Shown piece after piece: positions 1 through 10,318 of a DNA stretch of 59,603 bases; positions within the stretch are counted from its first letter, which is position 1; each line of letters starts with the position of its first letter. The DNA lies in assembly GCA_945949385.1 (NCBI GenBank), contig CAMFEL010000001.1, positions 1 to 59,603 on the forward strand, written 5' to 3'. A program made the translations under genes and the position numbers. This stretch comes from an uncultured Clostridia bacterium (lineage in GTDB: Bacteria; Bacillota; Clostridia; Oscillospirales; CAG-272). The notes beneath the pieces were generated by a model that searched no databases, was not told the DNA's origin, and saw only the letters and a program-made list of their open reading frames with translations.

Positions 1-156
1 GCCGGACAGGGTACCGTTGACGGCTGGCTTGAGGATGAGGAGCTTACAGACAGTACCGGCAGGCTGAAAAAAATACCGTACAAAGAGACCTCCGGCTATG
101 TAAAAAAGGTCTCAAAGGCAAATGAAGTTTATAAAAGGCTGTATTTTGATAACTGA
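1..156 (+). CDS. C-terminal fragment of a probable lytic transglycosylase (Slt-like); 5' end lies outside the window
   Basis: Frame +1 is open from the window edge to TGA at 154-156. The tail ...IPYKETSGYVKKVSKANEVYKRLYFDN resembles C-termini of Slt-type transglycosylases. It is absent from the ORF track because it has no start codon. Confidence 0.45.
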   Translation, partial: AGQGTVDGWLEDEELTDSTGRLKKIPYKETSGYVKKVSKANEVYKRLYFDN

Positions 157-204
157 CAGCCATTGATATAATCACAGAGTTCACACATACGAAAGGAAAC
201 AAAG

Positions 205-1626
205 ATGGAAAAAAATACGGAAAACAAGAGTATGAGCGAAGCGCTTGCGGACAGGCTTTTCTACCGCAAAAAAACCGCTTTTGAAGTAATGAGCGACAAA
301 GAACTTTCCGCGGCAATGGAATACGCAAGGGGTTACGCCGAATATCTTTTCAATTCAAAAACGGAAAGGGAAGCGGTAAAAACCTCCGTGGAAATGCTTA
401 AAAAGCAGGGATTTATACAGTACCGTCTGGGCGACAGTATAGAGCGCGGCGGCAGATATTATCTTAACAACAGAGACAAAAGTCTGTTTGCGTTCCGTAT
501 CGGCACCGAGGATATAAATAACGGTATGCGCATATGCGCCGCCCATATAGATTCTCCCAGACTCGATCTGAAGCAGAATCCTCTGTATGAGGACTCCGGT
601 TTCGCATATCTTAAAACTCACTATTACGGCGGTCTGCGCAAGTATCAGTGGCCGACTTTGCCGCTTGCCCTGCACGGCACCGTCACCCTTTCCGGAGGAA
701 AGAATGTGGATGTTTGTATCGGGGAGGACATCGGCGATCCCGTGCTTATGATAAGCGACCTGCTTCCTCATCTCAGCGGCGAGCAGGGAAAAAAGCCTCT
801 CGACCACGCCTACGACGGCGAAGCCTTAAACGCCGTTGCCTGCGCCTCTCCTTACCGCGAAAACGGCGCGGCGGCCGATACCTCGGATGCCGTAAAGCTT
901 AACCTTATGAAGCTTCTGAACGAAAAATACGGCATAAAAGAAGCCGATTTTATGACAGCGGAGCTTTGCCTCGTTCCTGCCGGACGGCCCGTGGATATAG
1001 GTCTTGACCGCTGGCTTATGGGTGGCTACGGTCATGACGATAAAGTATGCGCATATCCCGCTCTGACCGCTCTGTGCGACAGCACAGACAGCCGTCACAC
1101 CGTTATGTGCGTGCTTGCCGACAAAGAGGAAACGGGCAGCGACGGAGTTACGGGTATGCAGTGCAGTCTCTTTTCCGAGCTTATTGACGAGATTGCCGAG
1201 TCTCTCGGCGGCAGCGGCAGAGTATGCAGAAGCCGTTCCTCCTGCCTTTCCACCGATGTGAGCGCCGCTTACGACCCCGGCTTTTCCGACTGCTTTGAAA
1301 AACGTAATACCGCCTTTGCGGGAAGCGGTGTTGTAATAAATAAATACAACGGTGCAAGAGGAAAATCCTCCACCAGCGACGCTTCAAGCGAATATCTGGG
1401 AAAGCTGCGCGATATTTTCGACGCCGACGGCGTGCTGTGGCAGACAGCGGAGCCGGGTAAGGTAGACTGCGGCGGCAGCGGCACGGTTGCCAGATTTATT
1501 GCAAATCACAATATTGACACAGTGGACATCGGCGTCCCCGTTATTTCCATGCATGCACCCTTCGAGGCCATATCCAAGGTTGACCTTTACTTTGCTTACA
1601 GAGCATTTCTGGCTTTTTACAGGTAG
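205..1626 (+). CDS. M18-family aminopeptidase
   Basis: 473 aa ORF with RBS GAAAGGAAA upstream. Blocks such as ICAAHIDSPRLDLKQNPLYE and HDDKVCAYP are typical of M18 (aspartyl/Ape) aminopeptidases. Confidence 0.8.
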   Translation: MEKNTENKSMSEALADRLFYRKKTAFEVMSDKELSAAMEYARGYAEYLFNSKTEREAVKTSVEMLKKQGFIQYRLGDSIERGGRYYLNNRDKSLFAFRIGTEDINNGMRICAAHIDSPRLDLKQNPLYEDSGFAYLKTHYYGGLRKYQWPTLPLALHGTVTLSGGKNVDVCIGEDIGDPVLMISDLLPHLSGEQGKKPLDHAYDGEALNAVACASPYRENGAAADTSDAVKLNLMKLLNEKYGIKEADFMTAELCLVPAGRPVDIGLDRWLMGGYGHDDKVCAYPALTALCDSTDSRHTVMCVLADKEETGSDGVTGMQCSLFSELIDEIAESLGGSGRVCRSRSSCLSTDVSAAYDPGFSDCFEKRNTAFAGSGVVINKYNGARGKSSTSDASSEYLGKLRDIFDADGVLWQTAEPGKVDCGGSGTVARFIANHNIDTVDIGVPVISMHAPFEAISKVDLYFAYRAFLAFYR

Positions 1627-1690
1627 CTTGCGCTATCGGCGCTTCGGCGCCGAGAAATAATGCAAAACCTGAAAAGAGTCGGAGATTTAT

Positions 1691-2764
1691 ATGATAAACA
1701 AGCTGAAAGAAGTTAAAGAAAGATATAAAGACATAGAGGCGTCTCTTGCGCTGCCGGAAACGCTCAGCGACAACGAGCGCTACAAAAAGCTTATGCGCGA
1801 GTACAAAGAGCTCACTCCGCTTATGGAGGAGTTTGAAGGCTACGAAATAATCGCCGCCGAAATGAAGGACGCCGCCTTTTTGATGGAAAGCGAGTCCGAC
1901 GCGGAAATGCGCGCCATGGCTCAGGAGGAATACTATCTTCTCCGCGACAGACTGCGCGATTCGGAGCAAAAGCTGAAAATTCTGCTTCTTCCCAAAGACC
2001 CCAACGACGAAAAAGACGTTGCGGTAGAGATACGGGCAGGAGCGGGAGGTGAGGAAGCGGCGCTGTTTGCCGCGGTGCTTTACCGTATGTACAGTATGTA
2101 CGCGGACAGGAGGGGCTTCAAAACCGAGGTTATGTCGCAAAATGAAACGGAGCTTGGCGGCTTTAAGGAAATAACCTTTACCGTATCGGGCTCTGGCGCA
2201 TACTCCCGGTTTAAGTTTGAGTCAGGCGTCCACCGGGTGCAGAGAGTACCCGAAACGGAGTCCTCGGGACGGATACAGACCTCCACCGCCACCGTTGCGG
2301 TTCTGCCCGAGGTTGAAGATGTAAGCGTAGAGCTTGACCCGAAGGATCTGGAAATCGAGACCTGCAAGTCAAGCGGAGCGGGCGGACAGCACATAAATAA
2401 AACGGAATCCGCCATACGTATCATACACAAGCCTACGGGTATAGTGGTAGAGTGTCAGGACGAGCGCAGTCAGTTCAAAAACAAGGATAAGGCGATGAAA
2501 CTGCTCCGCGCAAAGCTGTACGATATGAAGCAGCGGGAGCAGAACGAGAAGATCGCCGGGGAGCGGCGCAGTCAGGTCGGTACGGGTGACAGAAGCGAGC
2601 GCATACGCACCTACAATTTCCGCGAAGGCAGGGTGTCGGATCACCGCATAGGGTTGACGCTTTATACCCTTGACAGCATAGTCAACGGCGACATAGACGC
2701 TCTCGTTGACGCGCTGAGTGCCGCAGACACCGCCGAAAAGCTCAGGGGAGGGGACTCGCTTTGA
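1691..2764 (+). CDS. prfA: Peptide chain release factor 1
   Basis: 357 aa with the GGQ motif (SSGAGGQHINKTESAIRIIH) and an RF1-type tripeptide region (RVPETESSGRIQTSTATVAVLPE). Confidence 0.95.
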   Translation: MINKLKEVKERYKDIEASLALPETLSDNERYKKLMREYKELTPLMEEFEGYEIIAAEMKDAAFLMESESDAEMRAMAQEEYYLLRDRLRDSEQKLKILLLPKDPNDEKDVAVEIRAGAGGEEAALFAAVLYRMYSMYADRRGFKTEVMSQNETELGGFKEITFTVSGSGAYSRFKFESGVHRVQRVPETESSGRIQTSTATVAVLPEVEDVSVELDPKDLEIETCKSSGAGGQHINKTESAIRIIHKPTGIVVECQDERSQFKNKDKAMKLLRAKLYDMKQREQNEKIAGERRSQVGTGDRSERIRTYNFREGRVSDHRIGLTLYTLDSIVNGDIDALVDALSAADTAEKLRGGDSL

Positions 2765-3783
2765 TTACTGAGTATATAAAAGTGACCCCGCAGGATACGG
2801 AAATACTGACAAAGGCGGGCGAAATCATCCGATCCGGCGGTCTTGTGGCTTTTCCTACCGAGACAGTTTACGGTCTCGGCGGCAATGCATATGACCCAAA
2901 GGCTTCGGAGAAAATCTTTGCGGCAAAAGGCCGCCCCGGTGACAATCCGCTTATAGTTCATGTTGCCGCCCCCGAGGACGCCGAGGCATTTGCATATACC
3001 AACGAAACCTATTACAAACTGTGCCGGCGCTTTGCGCCCGGCCCTTTGACCGTGATTCTTCCGAAAAAAGATATTATTCCCCTGTCGGTCACGGGCGGAC
3101 TGGACACTGTAGCGGTTCGCTGTCCCTCCCATCCCGTTGCAAGAGCGCTGATAAAGGCTGCCGGGGTGCCGATCGCGGCGCCATCCGCCAACATTTCCGG
3201 CGCGCCGTCACCAACATCCGCAAGCCATGTGCTTCACGATATGGACGGGCGAATTGAAATGATACTTGACGGCGGGTGCTGCGATATAGGTGTGGAATCC
3301 ACCGTAATAAAAATCGAAGACGGCGTCTGCACAGTCCTTCGCCCCGGAGATATCATTCCCCGTGAGCTTTGCTCCGTAATACCCGATGTACGGGTTGCGG
3401 CAGCGGTAACAGACCCGACGGCAGCGGGAGACAAGCCACAGTCACCGGGTATGAAATACAAGCATTACGCCCCGGCCTCCCGTCTGGTTCTGCTTGACGG
3501 AGACAGGGAACAGTTCAAAGAGTACGTAAACTCACAAAAAGGAAAATGCGCGGTGCTTGCATATACGGAAGAGATAGGCAACTTTACCCGCGCTTTCGTA
3601 ATGGACATCGGGGCAAGCGGCGACGCCCATACGCAGATGAAGCGCCTGTTTTCGCTTCTGAGGGACACTGACAGCCTTTGCGCTGATGTTATCTACGCAC
3701 ACCTGCCGCCGAAAACAGACGAATTTCTGGCACTTTACAACAGAATTATAAGAGCAGCGGGATGCGATATCGTCAAGCTTTAG
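2761..3783 (+). CDS. tsaC: L-threonylcarbamoyladenylate synthase (Sua5/YwlC/TsaC family, long form with C-terminal Sua5 domain)
   Basis: 340 aa with the GGLVAFPTETVYGLGGNAYD signature. The TTG start overlaps the prfA stop (TTGA); the exact start is uncertain. Confidence 0.85.
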   Translation: MITEYIKVTPQDTEILTKAGEIIRSGGLVAFPTETVYGLGGNAYDPKASEKIFAAKGRPGDNPLIVHVAAPEDAEAFAYTNETYYKLCRRFAPGPLTVILPKKDIIPLSVTGGLDTVAVRCPSHPVARALIKAAGVPIAAPSANISGAPSPTSASHVLHDMDGRIEMILDGGCCDIGVESTVIKIEDGVCTVLRPGDIIPRELCSVIPDVRVAAAVTDPTAAGDKPQSPGMKYKHYAPASRLVLLDGDREQFKEYVNSQKGKCAVLAYTEEIGNFTRAFVMDIGASGDAHTQMKRLFSLLRDTDSLCADVIYAHLPPKTDEFLALYNRIIRAAGCDIVKL

Positions 3784-3850
3784 TCCGCAAAGTCTCATAA
3801 CTGGGCACACATTGTATTGAAATAAATAATGATTTGAAAGGTACGGTTTT

Positions 3851-6088
3851 ATGGCAAGAAAGAAAAAGACAGCAGAAACAGTTGAAGCACCCGAGGCTGA
3901 GATACTTGATCAGCCTATTACCGAGACTATTGAGTCAAACTATATGCCGTACGCCATGAGCGTCATAATTTCCCGCGCCATACCGGAGATAGACGGCTTC
4001 AAACCCTCTCACCGCAAGCTGCTTTACACCATGTACGATATGGGTCTGCTTACGGGTCCCAGGACAAAAAGCGCAAATATCGTGGGCGCTACCATGCACC
4101 TTAACCCTCACGGCGACGCTTCTATCTATGAAACAATGGTTCGCCTCACAAGAGGCAACGAGGCGCTGCTGCATCCCTTTATTGACTCAAAGGGTTCTTT
4201 CGGTAAGCAGTACAGCCGCGATATGGCATACGCCGCCTCCCGTTATACAGAGGCAAAGCTTGACCCCATATGCAACGAGCTTTTCTCGGGCATTGACAAA
4301 AACGCCGTTGATATGGTGCCGAACTATGACAACACCACGGTTGAGCCCGTACTGCTGCCCACCACTTTTCCCAATATTCTCGTTTCTCCCAATATGGGGA
4401 TTGCAGTAGGTATGGCTTCAAACATATGTTCGTTTAACCTTGCAGAGGTATGTGACGGTACCATCGCGCTGCTGAAAAATCCCCGCATTACGGTTGACAA
4501 AATGATGACGCTGATAAAAGCGCCCGATTTTCCCGGCGGCGCCATGCTGCTTTATGACCGCGACCAGATGAAGGAAATATTCGAAACAGGCCACGGCAGC
4601 GTAAAACTTCGCGCCCGCTACTCCTATGACCGCGAAAACAACTGCATAGATATAATCCAGATACCTTATTCCACCTCCATAGAAGCTATTATGAAAAAGA
4701 TAGTGGATATGATAAAAGAGGGCAAGCTCAAAGAGGTTAAGGACGTGCGCGACGAAATAGACCTTAACGGCTTCAAGCTAACTCTTGACCTTGCAAGAGG
4801 CACAGACCCGGACAAGCTTATGGCAAAGCTTTACCGCCAGACCCCTCTCCAGGACGAATTCAGCTGCAATTTCAATGTGCTTATAGATTCCGCTCCCCGT
4901 CTTTTGGGTGTTATCGGTATACTGGAGGAATGGATCAAATTCCGTATTTCCTGCCTGTCCGGAGAGCTGCGCTTTGACCTGGGAAAGAAAAAGGACAAGC
5001 TGCACCTTTTGAAAGCGCTGTCAAAAGTCCTTCTTGATATTGACAAGGCAATAAAGATTATCCGCGAGACTGAAAAGGAAAGCGATGTTGTGCCGAATCT
5101 TATGGAAGGCTTTTCTATTGACCGCGTGCAGGCAGAGTATATTGCGGAAATCAAGCTCCGCCATCTGAATCACGAGTACCTTATAAACCGCGTTCACGAG
5201 ATAGAGAGCCTGCAGGCGGATATTAAAAATATAGAGGAAATACTTGCGGACGAAATCAAGCTTAAAGCGGTCATTGCCGGACAGCTTGCGGAGATAAAGA
5301 AAAAATACGGAAAGCCCCGCAAAACTCAGATCGTCTACACGGACGAAATGCCCGAGGAGGCACCGGCTGAGGATGTGGAAAACTACTCCTGCCGCGTGGT
5401 GCTTACCCGCGACGGATATTTCAAAAAGATCACTCAGCAATCTCTGCGCGGCAACGACGAGCACCGCCTCAAGGACGGCGACGAAATAGTATGCTCCGAG
5501 GACTGCGAAAACCGTAACGATTTTATCGTCTTTACGGATAAATGTCAGGTGTATAAGGCAAAGGTTGCGGATTTTGAGCCATGCAAAGCGTCGGCTCTGG
5601 GCGATTATCTGCCTTCAAAGCTGGGCTTTGACGAGGGAGAAAAGCCTGTGGTTATGAAAGTGATGGGCGCGGATTTCGATTCAAGCCATCATATGATATT
5701 TATTTTCAAAAACGGCAAGGGTGTGCGTATCCCTCTCAGCGCTTACGAAACAAAGTCCAACAGACGCAGACTTACGGGCGCATATTCCTCGGCGTCTCCT
5801 CTTGCAGCCGCCATATACGAAAAGGAAACCGTAGATGTGCTTCTTGTTTCCGACGCCGGAAAGGGAATACTCATAAAATCCTCGCTTATTCCGGAAAAAA
5901 CCACAAGAACCGCTTCCGGTGTTATCCTGTTCCAGCTAAAGAAAAAGCAGCAGATAGCCGATGCTGTTGCCGGAGAAGCGCTTAATAAGTATCCCGACGC
6001 TTCAAAGTGCCGAAAAATTAAAATTCCCGCAGTAGGCTCCTCATTGCTGATTCCGGATGTTTCGGAACTTCAAATGACTATTGAATAG
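3851..6088 (+). CDS. Type IIA topoisomerase subunit A (ParC/GyrA-like, topo IV-like)
   Basis: 745 aa with the N-terminal block MPYAMSVIISRAIPEIDGFKPSHRKLLY and catalytic Tyr context AASRYTEAKL. The GyrA-box position reads QSLRGNDEHR rather than QRRGGKG. Confidence 0.8.
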   Translation: MARKKKTAETVEAPEAEILDQPITETIESNYMPYAMSVIISRAIPEIDGFKPSHRKLLYTMYDMGLLTGPRTKSANIVGATMHLNPHGDASIYETMVRLTRGNEALLHPFIDSKGSFGKQYSRDMAYAASRYTEAKLDPICNELFSGIDKNAVDMVPNYDNTTVEPVLLPTTFPNILVSPNMGIAVGMASNICSFNLAEVCDGTIALLKNPRITVDKMMTLIKAPDFPGGAMLLYDRDQMKEIFETGHGSVKLRARYSYDRENNCIDIIQIPYSTSIEAIMKKIVDMIKEGKLKEVKDVRDEIDLNGFKLTLDLARGTDPDKLMAKLYRQTPLQDEFSCNFNVLIDSAPRLLGVIGILEEWIKFRISCLSGELRFDLGKKKDKLHLLKALSKVLLDIDKAIKIIRETEKESDVVPNLMEGFSIDRVQAEYIAEIKLRHLNHEYLINRVHEIESLQADIKNIEEILADEIKLKAVIAGQLAEIKKKYGKPRKTQIVYTDEMPEEAPAEDVENYSCRVVLTRDGYFKKITQQSLRGNDEHRLKDGDEIVCSEDCENRNDFIVFTDKCQVYKAKVADFEPCKASALGDYLPSKLGFDEGEKPVVMKVMGADFDSSHHMIFIFKNGKGVRIPLSAYETKSNRRRLTGAYSSASPLAAAIYEKETVDVLLVSDAGKGILIKSSLIPEKTTRTASGVILFQLKKKQQIADAVAGEALNKYPDASKCRKIKIPAVGSSLLIPDVSELQMTIE

Positions 6089-6134
6089 CCGCTGCAGATA
6101 AAAACAAAAACATCAAGAAAGGAACGGGCATATA

Positions 6135-6239
6135 ATGTCAGAGAAGACAAGAAAAACAATCGTCCGCACCGTCGCCATTGTTCTTGCGGCGCTTATGGTT
6201 GCGGGCGGCTGTGCTACAATAATTATGTATCTGCTTTAA
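6135..6239 (+). CDS. Possible 34-aa small membrane peptide (MSEKTRKTIVRTVAIVLAALMVAGGCATIIMYLL)
   Basis: ATG is preceded by GAAAGGAAC. The peptide has one hydrophobic helix after a basic N-terminus and ends 21 nt before the MFS gene. It is below the ORF-track size cutoff. Confidence 0.3.
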   Translation: MSEKTRKTIVRTVAIVLAALMVAGGCATIIMYLL

Positions 6240-6260
6240 TAACACCGGAGCTTTTCATCT

Positions 6261-7529
6261 ATGCATTCCACGTTCAGAAAAACAAGAGCCGCCTGCTACA
6301 CAGGCTATGTAACGCAGGCAATAACGGTAAACCTGGCACCTCTTCTGTTTGTAACCTTTCAGGACAGATTTGATCTGTCTCTGGGATATATCGCCGCACT
6401 CACCCTTATTACATTTTTCATTCAGATATGTATTGATGCGGCGGCAATCAAATTCGTTGAAAAAACAAGCTACCGCTTTCTTGCGGCATCCAGTCAGCTT
6501 TGCTCACTTATGGGACTTGTGATGCTTGCCTTTCTGCCTTATCTCATAATGCCCGAGGTCGGTATACTTATTGCCGTCCTTGTGTATTCCTCCGGCAGCG
6601 GCCTGTCGGAAGTAGTGCTCAGCCCGCTGATCGAGGCGCTGCCGGCGGAAAAAGACTCCGGCGGCAACGTCATGACACTTATGCACTCCTTTTATTCATG
6701 GGGGCAGGCGGCGGTCATACTTATTTCAACCTTCCTTCTGAAACTGGTAGGCAGCGACCTGTGGTTCCTGCTTCCGCTGTTCTGGGCTCTTGTACCGTTT
6801 TTCAATACAATCGCGTTTCTGCGCGTGCCCCTTGCGGATATGACGGTACACGCTGAGGGGCACGGAGTAATACATATGCTCAGAGAGCCGGCATTTATTA
6901 CCGCGTTTTTTATGATGATATGCGCGGGAGCCGCTGAGCAGGCAATGGCTCAGTGGGCGTCAATGTTTGCGGAAAAAGGACTGGGCGTTTCCAAAGTCGT
7001 GGGAGACATACTGGGTCCCTGTATGTTCGCCGTTATGATGGGCATAGGGCGTACCGCACACGGTCTGTGGGGAAGGCGCTTTGTAATGTCAAAGCTGCTC
7101 ATTATGCTTTCGGCTTTTACCGCCGTGTGCTACGCCGTTTGCGTGTTTGTACCCGTTCCGCTTGCCTCGCTTCTCGCCTGCGGCTTTACCGGTCTCGGAG
7201 TAAGCATTATGTGGCCGGGAATGCTGACTCTGTGTTCACATAAATATCCCCGCGCAGGGGCGTCCATGTTTGCGATGCTTGCGCTGGGAGGGGACATTGG
7301 CTGCTCGGTCGGACCGTATATCGCAGGTCTGTTTTCCGACACGGTTTCTCAGGCCACGGAAAAATCGGGATATGCGTTTGAGCTTTGTGTCCGGCTCGGT
7401 CTTGACGGAGAACAACTGGGGCTTCGCGCAGGCTTTCTTGCAGCTTCCGTTTTTCCTATCCTGATGCTTATAGGCGTAACAATTCTGAATAAAAAAGGCT
7501 TTGATAAAAATGAAATTCAAGGACAGTAA
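6261..7529 (+). CDS. MFS transporter
   Basis: 422 aa with about 12 predicted hydrophobic segments, a typical MFS layout, and RBS GGAG. Confidence 0.8.
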   Translation: MHSTFRKTRAACYTGYVTQAITVNLAPLLFVTFQDRFDLSLGYIAALTLITFFIQICIDAAAIKFVEKTSYRFLAASSQLCSLMGLVMLAFLPYLIMPEVGILIAVLVYSSGSGLSEVVLSPLIEALPAEKDSGGNVMTLMHSFYSWGQAAVILISTFLLKLVGSDLWFLLPLFWALVPFFNTIAFLRVPLADMTVHAEGHGVIHMLREPAFITAFFMMICAGAAEQAMAQWASMFAEKGLGVSKVVGDILGPCMFAVMMGIGRTAHGLWGRRFVMSKLLIMLSAFTAVCYAVCVFVPVPLASLLACGFTGLGVSIMWPGMLTLCSHKYPRAGASMFAMLALGGDIGCSVGPYIAGLFSDTVSQATEKSGYAFELCVRLGLDGEQLGLRAGFLAASVFPILMLIGVTILNKKGFDKNEIQGQ

Positions 7530-9537
7530 AAAATTTTCTCTGAAAAAATTCCTGTTGCTGCCGCCCGTTTTCTCGGCGGCAGCGTCGGTTATAATGACTG
7601 TTGTCGTCGAGTCGCTGTCGCGGCACGACTTTTTCGGCGGTTTTAAGTTTATTTACGAGCATCCGCAGTTCTTTATACTGAACTGCCTCATAATCTTTGC
7701 CGCCATGTCGCTTACATATTTCTCACCCAAACGCTTCTTTACGCAGTTTATGGTGCTGTTCGTGTTTTTCGCCTTGGGAGTTACGAATTTCGTATTGCTG
7801 TTTACGAGGACTCAGCCCTTTGAAGCCGTGGATATATCTATCCTGCGCACGGGCATTTCCATCGTAAACGTATATCTCAATACCTTTGAGATTATCCTTA
7901 TCATCGCCGCTGTCGTTCTGTCTGTAGCAGGGCTTGTGCTCCTTTGCATAAAAACGAAAAAACATCCGGTACAAATACGCTATACCGCTGTTTTTGCTCT
8001 CATTTCCGTTGCTGTCTGCGCCGCCTGTATTACATTTTACTCCGTATTCGGGCTTATACCCTCAAATCTCGGCGACGCTAACGACGCTTACGAAAAATAC
8101 GGCTTTACATACTGCTTTGCCAGAAGCATTTTCGACAGAGGTATTTCCGAGCCGGAGGATTATTCGGAAGCGACGGTTGAAGAAATTCTGGAATCCGTGG
8201 GAAGCGACAGGACGGACAAGCCTAAGACAAAGCCCAATATTATAATGATACAGCTTGAAAGCTTTATGGATCCGTCATATTTCAAAAATATTGAATTTGA
8301 AACAGACCCCGTACCCAATTACATCCGCCTGAAAGAAGAAGGTCTTTCCGGACTTATGAGCGTTCCCAATGTAGGAAGCGGCACCGCCAACACGGAGTTT
8401 GAGGTGCTTACGGGTATGTGCCTTGACTATTTCGGCACGGGAGAATACCCGTATAAGACCATACTTCAGTCACGCAACTGCGAAACGGTGTGCTACAATC
8501 TCGGAGAACTCGGATATTCCTCCCACGCCTTTCATAACCATACCGGAACATTTTATAACAGAAATACCGCCTATAAAAATTTGGGTTTTGACACCTTTAC
8601 TCCCGTGGAATATATGAATTCCTACGAAACAAATCCTCTCGGCTGGGTAAAAGATTATGTACTTACGGAACAGACAATCGACGCTCTTGACTCAACAGAG
8701 GGACGGGATTTCGTGTTTGCCGTCACCGTGCAGGGACACGGTAAATATCCGGAAACGCCCGTAGACGGGGAAAAGCTAATTAAAGCCGAATTTGACGGTG
8801 AATACAGCGAAGGCTATATTCATCAGATGGAATACTACGCTTATCAGCTTTGGGAAACTGACGATTTTCTCGGTCGACTTATAAATCAGCTTGAAGACTA
8901 CGGCGAAAAATGCGTAGTGGTAGCATACGGCGACCATCAGCCCAGCCTTGAATATACGGCGGATGATATTTCGCTTCCGGACAAGCACGCCGTCGAATAT
9001 GTTGTGTGGGCAAATTTCGATATGGGACTTACTGCGGGTGAGAGACACGATCTTGAATCATATCAGTTAAGCGCATATGTGCTTTCAAGACTTGGAATAA
9101 ACAACGGAACTATAACAAAGCTGCATCAGAATTACTACGTAAACGACGATTATCAGCGCGCACTGGAAATGCTTCAATACGATATGCTGTACGGCGAATC
9201 ATACGGCAGCGAGGACAAGTATATATCGCCGGAGATGAAAATGGGAGTACACGATATCAGCGTAAACGATGTAAATATAATAGGTGAAGACACATATATT
9301 ATTGGGCGCGGCTTTACGCAGGCAAGTAATGTAAAAATCAACGGTCGGGGCGCCGAGAGCATTTATATTTCCGACAGCGTTCTTCTGCTGCGGGACAGAG
9401 TGCTTCAGGACGGCGACTCCGTGAGCATTCATCAGATAACCAACGACTTTGTGGAGCTCGGATGCTCGGAAGAGTACATATACTATATAGACGAACACGC
9501 GGACGCACCTATCAACAGTTATGACACAGAAGATTAA
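7510..9537 (+). CDS. LTA synthase / sulfatase-family membrane protein (LtaS-like) with an extra C-terminal domain
   Basis: N-terminal TM helices are followed by MIQLESFMDP and NVGSGTANTEFEVLTG (nucleophile Thr block) of the LtaS family. The ATG at 7510 overlaps the MFS 3' end by 20 nt. Confidence 0.8.
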   Translation: MKFKDSKKFSLKKFLLLPPVFSAAASVIMTVVVESLSRHDFFGGFKFIYEHPQFFILNCLIIFAAMSLTYFSPKRFFTQFMVLFVFFALGVTNFVLLFTRTQPFEAVDISILRTGISIVNVYLNTFEIILIIAAVVLSVAGLVLLCIKTKKHPVQIRYTAVFALISVAVCAACITFYSVFGLIPSNLGDANDAYEKYGFTYCFARSIFDRGISEPEDYSEATVEEILESVGSDRTDKPKTKPNIIMIQLESFMDPSYFKNIEFETDPVPNYIRLKEEGLSGLMSVPNVGSGTANTEFEVLTGMCLDYFGTGEYPYKTILQSRNCETVCYNLGELGYSSHAFHNHTGTFYNRNTAYKNLGFDTFTPVEYMNSYETNPLGWVKDYVLTEQTIDALDSTEGRDFVFAVTVQGHGKYPETPVDGEKLIKAEFDGEYSEGYIHQMEYYAYQLWETDDFLGRLINQLEDYGEKCVVVAYGDHQPSLEYTADDISLPDKHAVEYVVWANFDMGLTAGERHDLESYQLSAYVLSRLGINNGTITKLHQNYYVNDDYQRALEMLQYDMLYGESYGSEDKYISPEMKMGVHDISVNDVNIIGEDTYIIGRGFTQASNVKINGRGAESIYISDSVLLLRDRVLQDGDSVSIHQITNDFVELGCSEEYIYYIDEHADAPINSYDTED

Positions 9538-9544
9538 AAATAGC

Positions 9545-9574
9545 AAAAAACTGCCCACGGGCAGTTTTTTGTTT
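9545..9574. terminator. Bidirectional rho-independent terminator between the ltaS-like gene and sigF
   Basis: AAAAAA-CTGCC-CACG-GGCAG-TTTTTT. Confidence 0.6.
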
Positions 9575-9583
9575 ACCTAACAA

Positions 9584-10303
9584 CTACACAATATCGCGTC
9601 GCAGCGCCGCAATTATCTTTTTTTCCTCGCGGGAGATCTTCACCTGCGACAGTCCCAGTATATCCGCCACCTGCTGCTGCGACATATCCCTGAAATAACG
9701 GAGAATTATAATCCGCCGCGACTGTTCATCCAGCTTTGACATTGCCTCTGACAAAGCTATACGCTCCACTGTATGCTCAAGAGAAGCGGAGCTGTCCTCC
9801 ACCGTGCCCTCCACGGTAAAATCCCCGTCGTCACCTATGGGCTCTGACAGAGATGCTACGGGGCGGGAGGAATCAAGAGCCTCTCTGACCGCGTCAAGGT
9901 CAATTCCCGTAAGCTGTGAAAGCTCCTCCATGTGCGGCTCTCTGCCGTGCTGCTCCATAAATTTTTCCCGACAGCGCAAGAGAACAGCGCAGTTGCGCTT
10001 GTTCTCACGGCTCACCTTTATAAGTCCGTCATCGCGCAGAAACTTGCGTATTTCTCCCACTATGAGAGGTACCGCATAAGTGGAAAAGGCAGTACCGCGC
10101 TTTGTATCAAAGGTACGGATCGCTTTTAGCATACCCATCAGCGCTATCTGAATAAGATCCTCATTTTCCACACCACGCCCCTGAAACCGACGTGCAAGGG
10201 AAGCGGCAAGGGCATAATTGGTTTTTATCAGCTCTTCCGTGGCGTTGCTGTCTCCGCTCTGAGACAGTTCTATGTTTGCAAGATTATCACTGTATGAGTT
10301 CAC
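9584..10303 (-). CDS. sigF: Sporulation sigma factor sigma-F
   Basis: 239 aa sigma-70 family protein (FSTYAVPLIVGEIRKFLRDDGLIKVSR; region 4 QQQVADILGLSQVKISREEKK). It is the third gene after spoIIAA/spoIIAB. The start is GTG with AGGAGG upstream. Confidence 0.9.
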   Translation of the reverse strand: MNSYSDNLANIELSQSGDSNATEELIKTNYALAASLARRFQGRGVENEDLIQIALMGMLKAIRTFDTKRGTAFSTYAVPLIVGEIRKFLRDDGLIKVSRENKRNCAVLLRCREKFMEQHGREPHMEELSQLTGIDLDAVREALDSSRPVASLSEPIGDDGDFTVEGTVEDSSASLEHTVERIALSEAMSKLDEQSRRIIILRYFRDMSQQQVADILGLSQVKISREEKKIIAALRRDIV

Positions 10304-10318
10304 TCATTTCACTCCCTC

